From Camelus ferus (lineage: Eukaryota), in NCBI RefSeq assembly GCF_009834535.1, contig NC_045697.1, positions 116,128,001 through 116,192,000 of the forward strand: a DNA stretch of 64,000 nt, in the 5' to 3' direction. Both the position numbers and the translations under genes were made by a program. The notes beneath the pieces were generated by a model. That model was not told the origin of the DNA. It was given only the letters and a program-made list of their open reading frames with translations, and ran no database searches. How positions within the stretch are numbered: the stretch's first letter is position 1; each line of letters begins with the position of its first letter. This document shows positions 13,413 through 26,156 of the stretch, in pieces.

Positions 13413-13949
13413 TAAAGGTTACCTCACAGACACGTTACAGTTATGACTAAATCACACTTTCATGACACAAATTTTTGCATAAAAATTGTAAGTATTTTCT
13501 AATTCCACATAATGGCTCATAAATATCTTAACAGAGAAGGGCAGTCAGAGAACTTTCTGGAGGGGAGAGGGGAAGGGACTTCAAAAATAAAATTCCTAAA
13601 GAGAAAAATGCTCTAAATGAGAAATGCTGAATCAATTATGTAAAAGTATCTATCTTTAAAGATTGCTACAGTAACTACAAAATGGATTGCTGGTAACCAT
13701 CCAGTACAGTTAATGTATTTAGAACACAATTATTTAATGTAAAGCATTTTTAAATTCTTCTGATTCCACGCCAAGTCAGTTTGGGACCTTCCCATTTCCT
13801 CCCGGTTTCTAGAAGGAAATTGAGCACAAGACGGAAAGGAAGCAAGGGAGGAACAAGGCCGGAGCCCAGATCAGGGCCGCCCCCGGGCGTGCCCTCGGAG
13901 TGCTCACTCTCACCGGGGCCGCACCTGGTGTTTTCATGGAACACTCTTT

Positions 13950-14069
13950 CTTTCTTTTTTTTTTCTTTTTTTTTTTTTTCTTTTAGTTTTGATGGAGATC
14001 CTGGTGATTGAACCCAGGACCTCATGCATGCTAAGCAAACATTCTACCATTGAGCTATACCCCCGCCTC
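13950..14069 (-). mobile_element. Camelid tRNA-derived SINE (vic-1-like)
   Basis: Poly-T followed by gattgaacccaggacctcatgcatgctaagc...tgagctatacccc; TSD catggaac(a/c)ctcttt. Confidence 0.92.
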
Positions 14070-14089
14070 CCATGGAACCCTCTTTTTAT

Positions 14090-15005
14090 GTGAAAGAATA
14101 AATAATGGACAAACTGTGGCTATTCAGACGTGGGTATCTGGTAGGTATTTTCTTGAAAATGAACAAACTGAGCTTTTCACTTCGAGGAAAACAGCTGACA
14201 GCACTTTGGCAAGGATAAAATTTTAGCTTTCTAGTCAAAATTAGCCTTTGGGAAAACGTATATCCAACACCAAAAATTTGACAGCTTCCCAATAATTAAA
14301 GCCTTTTTTAATGAGACGGTAGTGATAGTAACAAATATGATTTTTTTGATACAGTATAACATGCCAAAATTTGGAAGACCTAAATTCAGTGACCAACGTG
14401 TGATGTTAAAAACTCACGCGTGAGCAGAAAGACTCACTCTGTCTGTAAGACCAATGGGTTTTGATAAAAAAAAAAAAATTTAAAAATCTCACTGATGTGA
14501 GCTTTTCCTGCTGCAACTGAATCTTTAAGGAATTACCACTTGTCAAATTTTGGTGCAGTGTATCAGTAAGACTATTTGAAGAGGCTGTTCAGAATATCCC
14601 TCCCTTTTCCAACTGCCTGTCTGTGTGAGGCACAGACTTGCTTCATGTATTTTACACACTCCAGCCAGAGGAGCTGCTCACAACAGACTGAACACGGACA
14701 CAGGTAAGAGTCCTCTGCTGGGCCAGACGTTCAGTGTATTTGCAAAACTATAAAACACCACCACTCTGCTTACAAATTTTTTTGTTTTGTAAATAGTTAT
14801 TTTTCACTAAAAAGAAAACCTTTATGTTAACGGATGATGGGTTTATTATTTTTAACTAATCAACAAATATGTATTTTTAAGTTTCTCAGTTTCAATTTCT
14901 AACATGTAATAATAATTCATGTAAACGAAAGCTGGCTGGAGACTACAAAAGGTTTTCAGAGTGTAAAGGAGGAGTTCCGAGATGGAAAAGTTTGACACCT
15001 GCTGC
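14090..15005 (+). mobile_element. hAT-Charlie DNA transposon fossil (Charlie1-like, 3' portion)
   Basis: gacaaactgtggctattcagacgtgggtatctgg...ttcttgaaaatgaacaaactgagc and terminus aaaagtttgacacctgctg resemble the Charlie1a consensus as recalled. Confidence 0.75.
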
Positions 15006-15340
15006 TCTAAGAGATGAACTAGAAAATCATCAGCCTCTTGGCTCTTCTTCAAAATCATGCCAGCAGCTGTCCTGAGATTCCTCTGAGACAAAACCCTGTA
15101 AAATACTACCTCAGCTCAACCTTCTCACAACTTAACCCACCTGCAGCCAGCACCAATACTAAAGTCAGCAGCGGAGGTTAGGCAAACGTTCGTCCCGAGC
15201 AGAAATGAGGAGACTGAAGCTATCAAGTGCTCATCAGGGATGCCCACTGTCAAGCCACATTACCATCAAGGGTACCAGTGAGGCCCAAGTACTCTCTGCA
15301 TCACGGTTGGCTGGCATGTGCTTATTTCCTAAACTAGCAG

Positions 15341-15495
15341 GTGGCGGGGGGTGGGGGGTTATAGCTCAGTGGTAGAGCACATGCCTAGCAGGCATGAGGT
15401 CCTGGGTTCAATTCCCAGTACCTCCACTGAGAAAAAAAAAAAGTAACTAAACCTAGTAATTATCTCCTCCCCACCCCGTCCCCCCCCCAAAAAAA
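15341..15495 (+). mobile_element. Camelid tRNA-derived SINE (vic-1-like)
   Basis: atagctcagtggtagagcacatgcctagc...gggttcaattcccagtacctcc, followed by the tail. Confidence 0.9.
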
Positions 15496-16189
15496 GGGCA
15501 AAATGATCTTCCTTCTAAGAGCTTTCCTGAGTATTCCAAAATTCCTGATGATTCAAACAGCTTTTTGACGGTTCAGTTTAAAAGTCTGCATAAAGAAATG
15601 GACAGAAAGTAGAAGGATGCCAATATCAGTGAAAGGGAAATCTTACGGCTTATTTTGCGATTTTAACCTTATTTTCTAACACCCGTAAATGCCTTCTGGA
15701 TTGTACCAAAACCACAGGTGACCAATTATGACTGCAATCTGCACAGACACCTGAGTAAAAGTCAAGTCAACCTGAGTATTTTCTTTTTCATCTTCAAACC
15801 TTTCCCTTTGGAATTACTCGCTTATCGCTTGTTCCAATTAACAGTTCGCTTTTCAGCCTCAGCCCACTCTGCGATCGTGGGATTTCTCCCCTGGGCCAGC
15901 AACTCTAAACTCCACACCACATCCCACTGCCACCTCTGTCCCACTTGAAAGAGAGAAAGGGAGACTTAAGGAAAAAATAAGGCTAATTGACGCCACTCTA
16001 AGCCCATGAGAAACGGCTCTAATGCAAACAATTGTTCAGCAAGGCTTTTTTTTAATACATTCTATAATTATTTTTTCCAAAATATCAAAAAATGTCTTCA
16101 GCCTATGTGTAATTTTAAAAATCACAAAGGCTACGAGGTACATGTCAGCTGGGCATGTGCAGGTCACTCAAAAGTCTACTACCGATATT

Positions 16190-16358
16190 CTTAATACTAC
16201 TGAACTGTACACTTGACAGTGGTTACGAGGATAAATTTAATGTTTTCTAATAAAATTACATGTTTTTTATTAAAAAAGAAAAAAATGAATTATGCACTTT
16301 AAATGGGTAAATTGCATGGTATGTGAGTTATAACTCAATAAAGCTGTTTTTTTAAAAA
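16190..16358 (+). mobile_element. Short old L1 3'-terminal fragments
   Basis: aatactactgaactgtacactt and ttatgcactttaaatgggtaaattgcatggtatgtgagttataactcaataaagctg. Confidence 0.65.
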
Positions 16359-19300
16359 TATGTAAGTTTGTTCCTAATCAGTTTTTTTAAAAATAAGGGC
16401 GGGGGAGTTTGCTATTGAGATATGGATAATGATTAATTTTTTGAGAGAATAAGGAGGAAAATTTATTTACATAAGTATGTACAAAATAGTTGGCATTTTA
16501 ATATTATTTTAATATGAATAGTTAAAACTTTCTTTTCACAAGTGATGTAAACCTAACAGCCATACATTGAATAACATGCTAAAGTTTCTTCCGAAGTTCA
16601 GTCAGCAGTATCTTCTAGCTAATAGAAAGGTATTTTAAGTTAATTATGTTTTAACACAGGATTCAAACTCAAAAGAGAACATTTCTAGTCACCCAATATT
16701 TCAAATAGTGAAAACAGATAACTGAGAACTGATAACTTAATTGTAAAAAGGTCAATTCAGCACTGCTGGGAAACAGGTCTGAATATCACAGTGGATTTTC
16801 CCAAAGAGAGGAGACACTTCTCAAACCAGCACGAAGCACTGCAAAATCTCATGACAGAAAAAAAAAAAGAAATGAAAAAAGAAAAACAACATAAGAAACG
16901 AAACAGCTAAAGATGAAAGGACCTCTGCTGCTGAGACGAAAAGCTAAATTTTAGCCAAGTGTATTTAGAACGTGAACAGGCACAGAGAGCCACCAGTATT
17001 CACCATCAGAGGCAGGACAAAGTGGCAGTGATCTTTCTGACAAATAAATTGCTTGAAATACTGCATGACTTGCTACACAACACCCTTATTACTTTCAATT
17101 TCCAAGTGCAACCAAAAGATGGGTCCAATTATGACATCAATACAAGCTTTCTTTCAGAAGGGAATGAAAGAACAGTCAATCCCAGTGGACACGGGAGCTC
17201 AGCGGCAGCGATGATGTCATAGATAAAAATAGACACCCTCCAACAGAAGCTGCAACGCGTGTCAACAGCACACCGCACACGGCTCTCAGCTGCCTGGCGT
17301 GGATGTGCAAGGCGTGCTGTTAACAGAGCAAGATCAATCGTTTTCTGTTTTGCACTAGTCCCTGATTTCACTTCAGTTTCTAAACATACCCTACAGTGTC
17401 CTCTCTCCATCTGTATAAATTAAGTCAACACAAATACCTGATTATAACTGCGAGAGAGAGCAGCAGCCCCCCCAGTGGGAGGAGGCCGGGAACACGGCAG
17501 CCGCTCCAACGCGCTGCACGTTGACAGAAACAGCAGCTCCGGCGGCCGGGCTGGGGCGGCCACCTATTGTTCAAAGCCCTTTCCACAGGGAGCCTTCCGC
17601 AGGGTTAGAAAATGCAACATGACCGAGGTGGAGAGCAGCTAGTAAACCTGCTGCTGACAGTCGGGAGAAGCAAGGGACACTTTTGACACTTCCTTTTTTA
17701 AAAAAACCCCTGCTGCAGATGTAAAACGTCAGGCCTGCATACAACAAACAGTACCCACCAAAATGGGGCAGCACGGGGTGGGGGGCACCCATCACTCCTA
17801 ACAGTCTGTCCACACCCTCCTCTCCACTCTCCGCCCCCAATTCTGTCTTCACGTTTCTACTGGGCTTTCCTGGATGAAAGATCTTCCTTTGAGCCAAGGT
17901 ATGAAGGCCATTCAAGAAGCCAAGCCTGACTCCTCAAGGTGCCCGTTTCGAAGCCTCCATGATACCCAGACTTCCCTCTACAGCACCTGCCCACGTGTTT
18001 ATCTGTATTCTGTGTGAGACCACAGGGCAAGACAGGCAGATTCCGCCTCTCCTGTGGACGTTTACAGCCATGGAGACTGGCACACCTGAAGCAAGGCGGG
18101 CACGAACAAACAGTCATTAAATGGATACAAACGTCTACCTGAAAATCCTAACTCGGCTCTCCTCTCTGCGATACAAGAAAGAGAATACACAAGTTTTCTG
18201 AAACTCCATCCTATTACAATTCACAGAGAGGCACTGATGATGGTATTGACGACAAAGGCTTTAGACTCAATTAAGCAAACAAATGCTTGATGAAAAGAGT
18301 AAGAATGAAGAATAAAAATATTCAAATAATTAAGAAAGTTCCCTGTATTTGAATAATTTCTGTATAGGTATATAAGCAGAGTTTAAGTATCACCATATGA
18401 ATAAATTAGTCAGCGGGGTATGGTATGAACTGATTGTTATCAGTTAAACCCTAAGACTTGAATATTCCAGGAAATTTAGTAGGTACACAAGTCATTGATA
18501 TATTACACGAAAACCACATTTTCTTACTGTTAAATAGCAAATACTGGATTAAACTAGGAAGACCTCAGTACAAAGTTAAACAATAAGGGACGAAGCAAAG
18601 CCATGAAGTGAGGGAAACTACTGCCAACTTCTAACGCAAGAACAGCTCAAGTCAGAAAGCCTACTGTCAATTGTGTGTGATCACTGTGATTTTTTCATGT
18701 TTCAAGATCTGAATTTTTAAAATTAATGAAACCTACCAAGAAGTCCATAGCTGAAGATGAAACCAACTTAAATCATTCACTTTAAAGAAAATCTACTTCA
18801 GAGATATGTAAGCTATATATGTACAGCCTAGGAGTGATTCTACAACCATAAGGAGAAACAGGACTTGTCTTATTTTATTAAAAGGAATAATCTTATAAGG
18901 ACTCATTTTCATAAGCCTCAGAAAGGAATCAATCTATTACATTGGTGCTATGTTTTAAACATATTTTATTATCATTGACATTAATAAAAAGTCAATCCCA
19001 TGATGTTTTTGTGATATTACACTGTACTCAATTTAGGTTTTACACAGTATTTTCACGACTTTTGTACACCTGCACCAAGAACTTTAAGCTAAGCCTAACC
19101 TACTGAGGAAGTCAGCACACAATCATCCGACGGCGCCCTGAAGTGATGTTCCCGTGGCAGAGGACCACCACCGAGATGTGTGGGAGAGGTCTTTTTCCAT
19201 GACGGGTGGGTTCTCTCTATTTCACAGATGTTGCATTGGGTGAAACTATGTTATATTGTGTTTGCATCCTCCTATTTAAAATTTGTACAAAGGAAAGCCA

Positions 19301-21446
19301 CACTCTGGGGGGCCTGGAGGCGTGGAAGTGGGGAGGCCATCAGCACAGCACATCCAAGCGTGGAGAGCATTTGAATCATGCCGTCGGCCTAGGGAGGCTG
19401 GAAATGGAGGCGATACCAGCTGGTACCCGTGACTTCCACGGTTCAAACGGGACATGTTCTCTTTGTCTCCAGTCTAATGTCTCCGTGTAATGTTTGCTCT
19501 TTCCAAATGAGGAAGAGGGCAGCGCTGTTTTTTTTTTTTCATTTAAAATTTTTAAAAAAGGAGAGATGAGAGAGGGCAGACTAGCATCCCCATGACTCTG
19601 AGCGGGTGAAAGTTAAGAAGGGCCTTCGTCCCGTTAAGTCCTCCCACCTCCCCCTCCATGTTCATCACGGAGCTCAGATTCCCCTCCCCGCCCAAACTCC
19701 GGGAGCACACCGCCCATGAATGCAGAGAGGGCCTGGAAGGAGGGCTAAAATAAACAGTTCTCCCCCCAACCCTGCTCTGAACCTGCTGACAACGTAAATC
19801 TGCGCAAAGTCCCAAGTCAGTCCAAGACTGGCCCACGTGTTCCAGCCTCGGCCGGGAACGCCGCATCTGCGCCCTGCCTCTCTGTTCCCTTCAGCCACTC
19901 TGAGACTGAAAACTCACCCACAGCCTACTTTCCGGCAGCCTTACACACAGCCTCAACCTCGGCTCATCAAAATGTACAAAAACGCTGATGAAAGCCATCT
20001 CCCAACTTGCTTTCTCGCTGCATTTTAAAATGCTTATTCTCAGCAAACTCGCACACACGCCTTGAAAAAGCGACCCGAGAGCCCTCCACGTGGACTACAA
20101 CAGTATCCGTGTTTCTGAACAAACTTACGATCACCTGATCTTAAATGCTGTAACACATCTAACTTTAAAACGTATGCGTAAGGTATACATCACAACTCGG
20201 TGCATATTTTAAATTCAGTTCCTAGTTCTTATTAGAGTACCTGGTCATTTCTCATATTAAAAAAGAAAAGGATTAGTTACATACTGATGCATCTTTTTTT
20301 TTTAAAGTTACTTATTTCTAAAGTATACATTTACCAGATAAAAGCTCAAAACATTGGTGCAATTAAAAAATTTTTATACAACTTTATCGAAATTTTATCA
20401 AACTTAAAAACTATCAATATTTTTTAGATTGACCACATTACTGAACAATCTTGCTTCTAAAATACAGTACTGCAATCATGCCACCCGTGGCATTTTAATA
20501 CTTATTTTCTCGTATAGAACATAAAGTGACTGCCTCATTTTCATTTGAAAGCTTATACAAGTATTTCGTGCTTTCCGACAAGGTTACTGTAATAGCCAAA
20601 GACAATACACTGAGGGTGGACTTCTAATGTGAATTAAATTATTCATGGTCTTTTTCCTGGGCAATAAGAAAATACAACCATAACATTTTACTAGCTACTT
20701 AACCAATTAGTTTCCAGAAAGAAGTCAATTTTCCTTCCTTGACTCCAAATTCCCTGATAACCCCTAATTTGACCCAAAATTTCCAACGAGTAATACTGAA
20801 AATCATAAATTAGTCATGTGCTGGCAGGAAAAAAATGAGCAAAGATATTATCATAGGCCTTGATTAAAATACAGAATGAAATAACAGCATGAAATCTGGT
20901 TAAAAATAAAGCTCAAATAAGAAAACACAAGTGCTTTTAAATTATTTCCTGTTAGACCCAGCCTTTATTCTATCTGACTGAAATTGTACCAGTGGTCTCC
21001 CAAAATGCACTCACATTGGGATTCCTGAAATTTAAAGCTTTCATCAATAGCCTTTAAAATCTAAGTTTCTGATGGATTTCCCATAAAACTTTCACACAAA
21101 AAGCAACTAAAGACAGACAATCTGTCTGTCTTTTTCTCTTCATTTATTTGCAAAGTAGGTGAGTTAAGACCAGTGCTCTGCTTATTCTTACAAAAATATA
21201 GGCTGCACTTGTCTTTCTTCAAAGCAAGTAGACAATTTATCCCCAGGTCTACACAAATAAAGCAGCCGGTGCCTCCACCTAACTTGGGGAGAGCTTCAAA
21301 GTTTTAAGAGATTTTACTAAATCAGGGCAAAACACAAAAGAACAAGACCAAGCAAAACACATCCATACTACAAGCTCATTAGTTACAATGCAAATTCACA
21401 AATAAACGTGGGTTAGCAGTCGGAGACCACACACAAATTACAATAC

Positions 21447-21464
21447 CTGGGATTTAGTGCATTC
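21447..21464 (-). CDS. RAPGEF2: RAPGEF2 18-nt microexon (ECTKSQ), phase 0-0
   Basis: Pyrimidine tract catctttccctttcctcctct, then ctcaaag|GAA TGC ACT AAA TCC CAG|gtattg. The peptide follows GYHT in the RAPGEF2 long isoform as recalled. Confidence 0.88.
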
Positions 21465-23833
21465 CTTTGAGCCAAAGTGAAATGAGTGCCATAGAGGAGG
21501 AAAGGGAAAGATGAACACTGTCAGACATGCTATAGGACATCTGCCAAAATGAAGACACTGTTTGTTACATCAGGTTAAGAAACGACCACACAGAATGGGC
21601 TCCTTGGGTACTGCTGTCCATGGTCCTTAGCCATGCACGCGAAATGCACCTGCAACCACCTGGGGTCACCTGGGCAGTTCAATCATGCGTCTTTCAGACA
21701 AACCTGTCCCCCTCGGTCCCTCCTCACGAGGGTTCATTCAAAAAAGAAACAGTTCTGTTTAGAATAAGTAAATGTGCCTTAGGGCTAATGGAGAATAATG
21801 ATTTTTACTTAACCCTTTTGATCCTGTGGTATCAAATACAAAGCAAAATTCTGTTTTTTTCATGTGTTAAAAATCATGTATTTAGGTAAGATAGTAATTA
21901 TATAAATATAATTTAAAGACAATCTTCACAAAAAGACAGGATCTGGTACTTTCAGTGATGGCTGTCTTGCGGCCCACCTAAACTCATTTAGTAAAATGGA
22001 AGCCAACATGTCACATTTAGAACACTGGTACCTGGCCCACCAAAAAGCGGGTTAAACTTTAAACCCTAGTACTGAATTTTCCCTCGTGAAAGTATCTGTT
22101 GACCAGATAAGACGTTTTAAAAAACTTGTTTTTAAATAGTAACCTCGTAACAATTTTTAAAAACTACATATTTAAAAAAAAAATCAGATTAAAAAAAAAG
22201 GGAGTCATACGCAGGAGGTGACTGAAGTATTCCACAACAGGGGAAACAAGGGGGTGGGAGAGAGAAATAATTCTAATATGCTCCCCCCCAACTTAAGTGG
22301 GACAAATATGACTATAAAACCAAACCGATCAGCGTTAACACTGAAATTTTAGTAACCCACACTGTCGCTAAGTATCTTACTATAAAATCTGATTTGGAAA
22401 AGTAATTCCAAAGCACAAGGGGTATTAACAGTATTAGTAGATTGTAGTATTAATGTGGGCAACTATTTTTAATCCATATTTCCTTCTTCCATGATGCTAC
22501 ATCAACACTAAAAATACTACCTTTTTTTAATAGACAATGGTAACAAAAAACCTTTCATGGCTTTTTTTTTTTTTTTTAAATACCCAGTCTCTCCAACAGG
22601 CAAACAAAGCTGGCTTTATGAGTAGCGAGAAGAAACCCTTTCCAAACGAGCTCAATGAAATGATTCAACTATGAAATTCATGTTAAATTAAAACTTTTCG
22701 TGCATGGGCAGTGAGAAGGGTAGGCAGATAGCTGGTGGTCAAAACTGCATAAATATTCAAGTACAAAGGGCTCTCAGAAACAAAACATATAAAATATATC
22801 CCTTAAAGCTACTGGAAATTTAAGTACATAATTTTAAGCCTATATACATTTTCCCATGCATTTTTGCATTTATGTTTATTTGCAAAGAGAAAGAAAAGGC
22901 TAGGTAAGAAAAACAAATGTGAAATATAAAATAGTTGTCAATTACCTATCTTTAATTTTTTCACATTCTTATTTTATACTTTTATTCATATTTTTATTTT
23001 ATTTTAAAATTAATTTCACATCACTCAGTCAACAGAATTACAAGTATAGACAAACCACGTTTAATCTTATTATGTCATATGTAAAACTTCCAGTTCCTCT
23101 CTTTTTGAAAAGAGAAATCCTCAAACATATGTGCCACCCTTTTGGATGGGCCACCGGGGGACACGTGCACAATGCACTGAGCAGAGAAGGAGTAAGAAAA
23201 ACGAGGCTCTCAAACTGACGATACTGGGGTCTCATACACATCACTCATTGTCTGCGCCTTGGTTTCCCCAAACATAAAAAGTAGTCTATTTTCTTGATAT
23301 TTATGATGTAATTAACAATGAAATGTTTCAGACCGTCTGTAGGTCGGGCTTTTAAGAAGCATCATTTCAAATTACACTCTCGCTTCATTGTATTAAAAAC
23401 AAAAAAATTTTTAGGTAATAGTCTCACAGTAGTATTAAAAAGCCATGAAAATAAGAAGTAATTTTTAGAGAGCTACATTTGAATAAAAAAACAGGTAGGA
23501 TACCTGCCCCTGGGAATGGGGAGGAGGCCAAAGTTTTAGATTAAGGCAAGAACCTAAAAATATTCCAGTGACAACGGTACATGCTGACCACAGAGCTGAG
23601 CCTCAGAGCACATTTTAAGAGATAAAAAGGCTAAACAATGTCTTTTGATATCTTATTTCAACGTCCCTTAAAACTACTTCTATAATGTGTGTTTCCAGGA
23701 AAACTTGCATTTTGGATAAGTATATCACAGAAAGGAATTATGCATCAAAAAAAGAAAACTTATATGTCTTTTCACGAGACTCCCTTCAAGAAACTAAAGA
23801 TAAATGAAAGTATTGTATACTTGGACAACTTAC

Positions 23834-24001
23834 CGTGTGATAGCCTCTCGGCAAAGGTGGTTTCCCCACAGGGTAAGGGTCCACAGTGTCGATAATTGTT
23901 TGTCTTTCGCCTTTCTGGTTGATTTTTCTGAATCTCCTTCGAGACTGTCGATGAGAAGCTTGACGCTGGAAATATTCTTCATTTTCATCCATATAGTCTA
24001 C
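23834..24001 (-). CDS. RAPGEF2: RAPGEF2 long-isoform internal exon, 168 nt, phase 0-0
   Basis: ttatttcag|GTA GAC TAT ATG ... CAC ACG|gtaagt gives 56 codons, VDYMDENEEY...PRGYHT. It is contained in ORF-track entry 23786..24100. Confidence 0.97.
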
Positions 24002-25343
24002 CTGAAATAAAATCCCCCAAAATTTCATTGCTTCAAATACAACATCCCATGTTAAGATCAGCTGCAGAATAAAACTTACAGATAGTCCACACTCGTTCAT
24101 TTTGCAAAGACATTTGTGGACAGGCTATCTCGACAGACTTAAGCCTTTCTGAGCTTCTCCGGAACTAACTGGTTTTGAGTAACTTTTCTTTTATAAAGAA
24201 GCATTTTCAGTTCCACTTGGGACAACATGGGTAATTCTTGAATTTCCTGTAGTTTCAAAGGGAAGGACATTTTCAGTAGCCTTTGTGCTGACTTCTTAGT
24301 GAAAGCCCTCACAGGATGCATCATCACACATTAGGAAAGCAACTGTCCTTTGTCTTCGCTAAAGTGCAGAGACCCTGATGTAGTTAATCTGAGTGAAAAC
24401 AGAAAGCAAAAAAACCCCAAATCCGAAATGACTCAAACGTGCCTACGAGTGGAATGACTATGGTGGATTACCTAAGGGTCTCCTCTTCCTACTTTCATTC
24501 TATGGATTCAGTTTCTTTTTTCATACATAGTGTTGTTTCAAAAAATAATTTCCTCATTTTCAACATTTAGAAAGTGATGAATGGACGACCAGAGAATAAA
24601 AGTTACATCAGGTTAACCCTCGTCCTGCTTACACGACGAAAACGAGCCTGCTCCCCAAGGAGGCACATCTAGACGCCACGACTGTCTGTTCGAGGACTTC
24701 TGAGGATCACAAACCCTTCAGAGAAACACGAACCAGCAGTAATGGAGACCAAAACCTTGAGGGACTATCTCCAATGCTTCTCAAGACCTGTTGCTGGAAA
24801 GTCCTACGTCTCTGCCTCCACCTTTCCCATCCTGAATCTCTACTCGCCGGCACGCCACTTTCTCTGTTAAGGGTAAAGTCTGTGAGGTTTTACCAGAAGT
24901 TTTCACGCGCTCTGATGAGGAAGTTCTCATTTCTGACGAATGCCTCTTCTCCATCATAGGGAAGAAACCTACGTCTCCTCTGAAAATGAACTGCCAGTCA
25001 TTCCCCAAATACTTCACCAAATGTGAAAGAAAATCCTCTGTCATCATCTATTTTCAGGTGTCATCCATTCACAAAATTTTCCTTCCTAGAGAGACACTGG
25101 ACAGGGAGCACCAACTGAGGGTCTGTACAGGGCACTCCCTCCCATCTTCTTAGTTTCGTTGCCTTTTTTTTTTTTAAGGGGTAAATATTGCCCTATCTTA
25201 ACATTGCTTTTATATGAAAAGAAGAATGTGACAGGATTTTTTTTAAAGCATCAATAAAAGTAATTATGTGGCTAACATCTCTTCTAACATTATGGTTTTC
25301 TACATACATCTTATCTCAATATACTTTTTAAATCACACAATTC

Positions 25344-25607
25344 AGGGCAGGAGTATAGCTCAGTGATAGAGGTCCTGGGTTCAATCCCCAGTACCTTTGT
25401 TAAATAAAAAAAAAATAACAGTAATAAATAAATAAACCCAACTAACTCCCCCTAAAAAAAAAAAAGAAACAAAACAAAAAAATTTGTAAAGCGGGGGAAG
25501 GTACAGCTCAGCGGTAGAGGGCGTGCTTAGCATGCATCAGGTCCTGGGTTCAATCCCCAGCACCTCCATTAAAAAATAAAAATAAAGTACTGTGAAAATA
25601 AATAAAT
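25344..25607 (+). mobile_element. Two tandem camelid SINEs (first one internally deleted)
   Basis: SINE heads at about 25344 and 25492; a shared outer TSD acacaattc flanks the pair. Confidence 0.9.
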
Positions 25608-26080
25608 TAATTACACAATTCTGTTAAAAAGAGAGTTAAGACTCTCAACAGAGTGCCTAATTAGCATAAAAGTCCCCCAGATTTCTTTCAATTAAAGGAA
25701 GTGAACGGGGTTCCTTACGCTAATTGTTGCCTGAGTACATATCACTGTGACTCATTTAAAGTATCTCACTCATTCCAATCAATATCTGGAGGGCTAAAAT
25801 CCTGCAATTCCAAAATTATCCCCAAACTTCAATGCAATGGCATTATCAGAGATTGATTTATAAAGTTCAAGCACCAAACATTTAGGTACTTGCCCCCTTT
25901 AATTTTATCATTTAACTGAATCATATAAATAATTATAACAGTGTGATTATAAACACAAATCCAGAAAGTTACCAAATAAATATATCTAAAGTTATAAAAT
26001 ACACTATTATAAGTAGTTTGTGAAAATGCTTTTATTTCGTAACTTTCTTGAGGGGAAAGTCTCCAAAGAAGCTTTCTTAC

Positions 26081-26156
26081 CACAATCATTTCAGAAGGTT
26101 CGAGAACAATGCATTCACAGCCACGCCTAAAGCTTCCTGCAGAACGCTTGCCGAAA
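26081..26156 (-). CDS. RAPGEF2: RAPGEF2 long-isoform internal exon, 76 nt, phase 2-0
   Basis: tttcttctttctag|T TTC GGC AAG CGT ... ATG ATT GTG|gtaaga encodes (S)FGKRSAGSFRRGCECIVLEPSEMIV. It joins the 84-nt exon in frame (AG+T = Ser). Confidence 0.95.
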
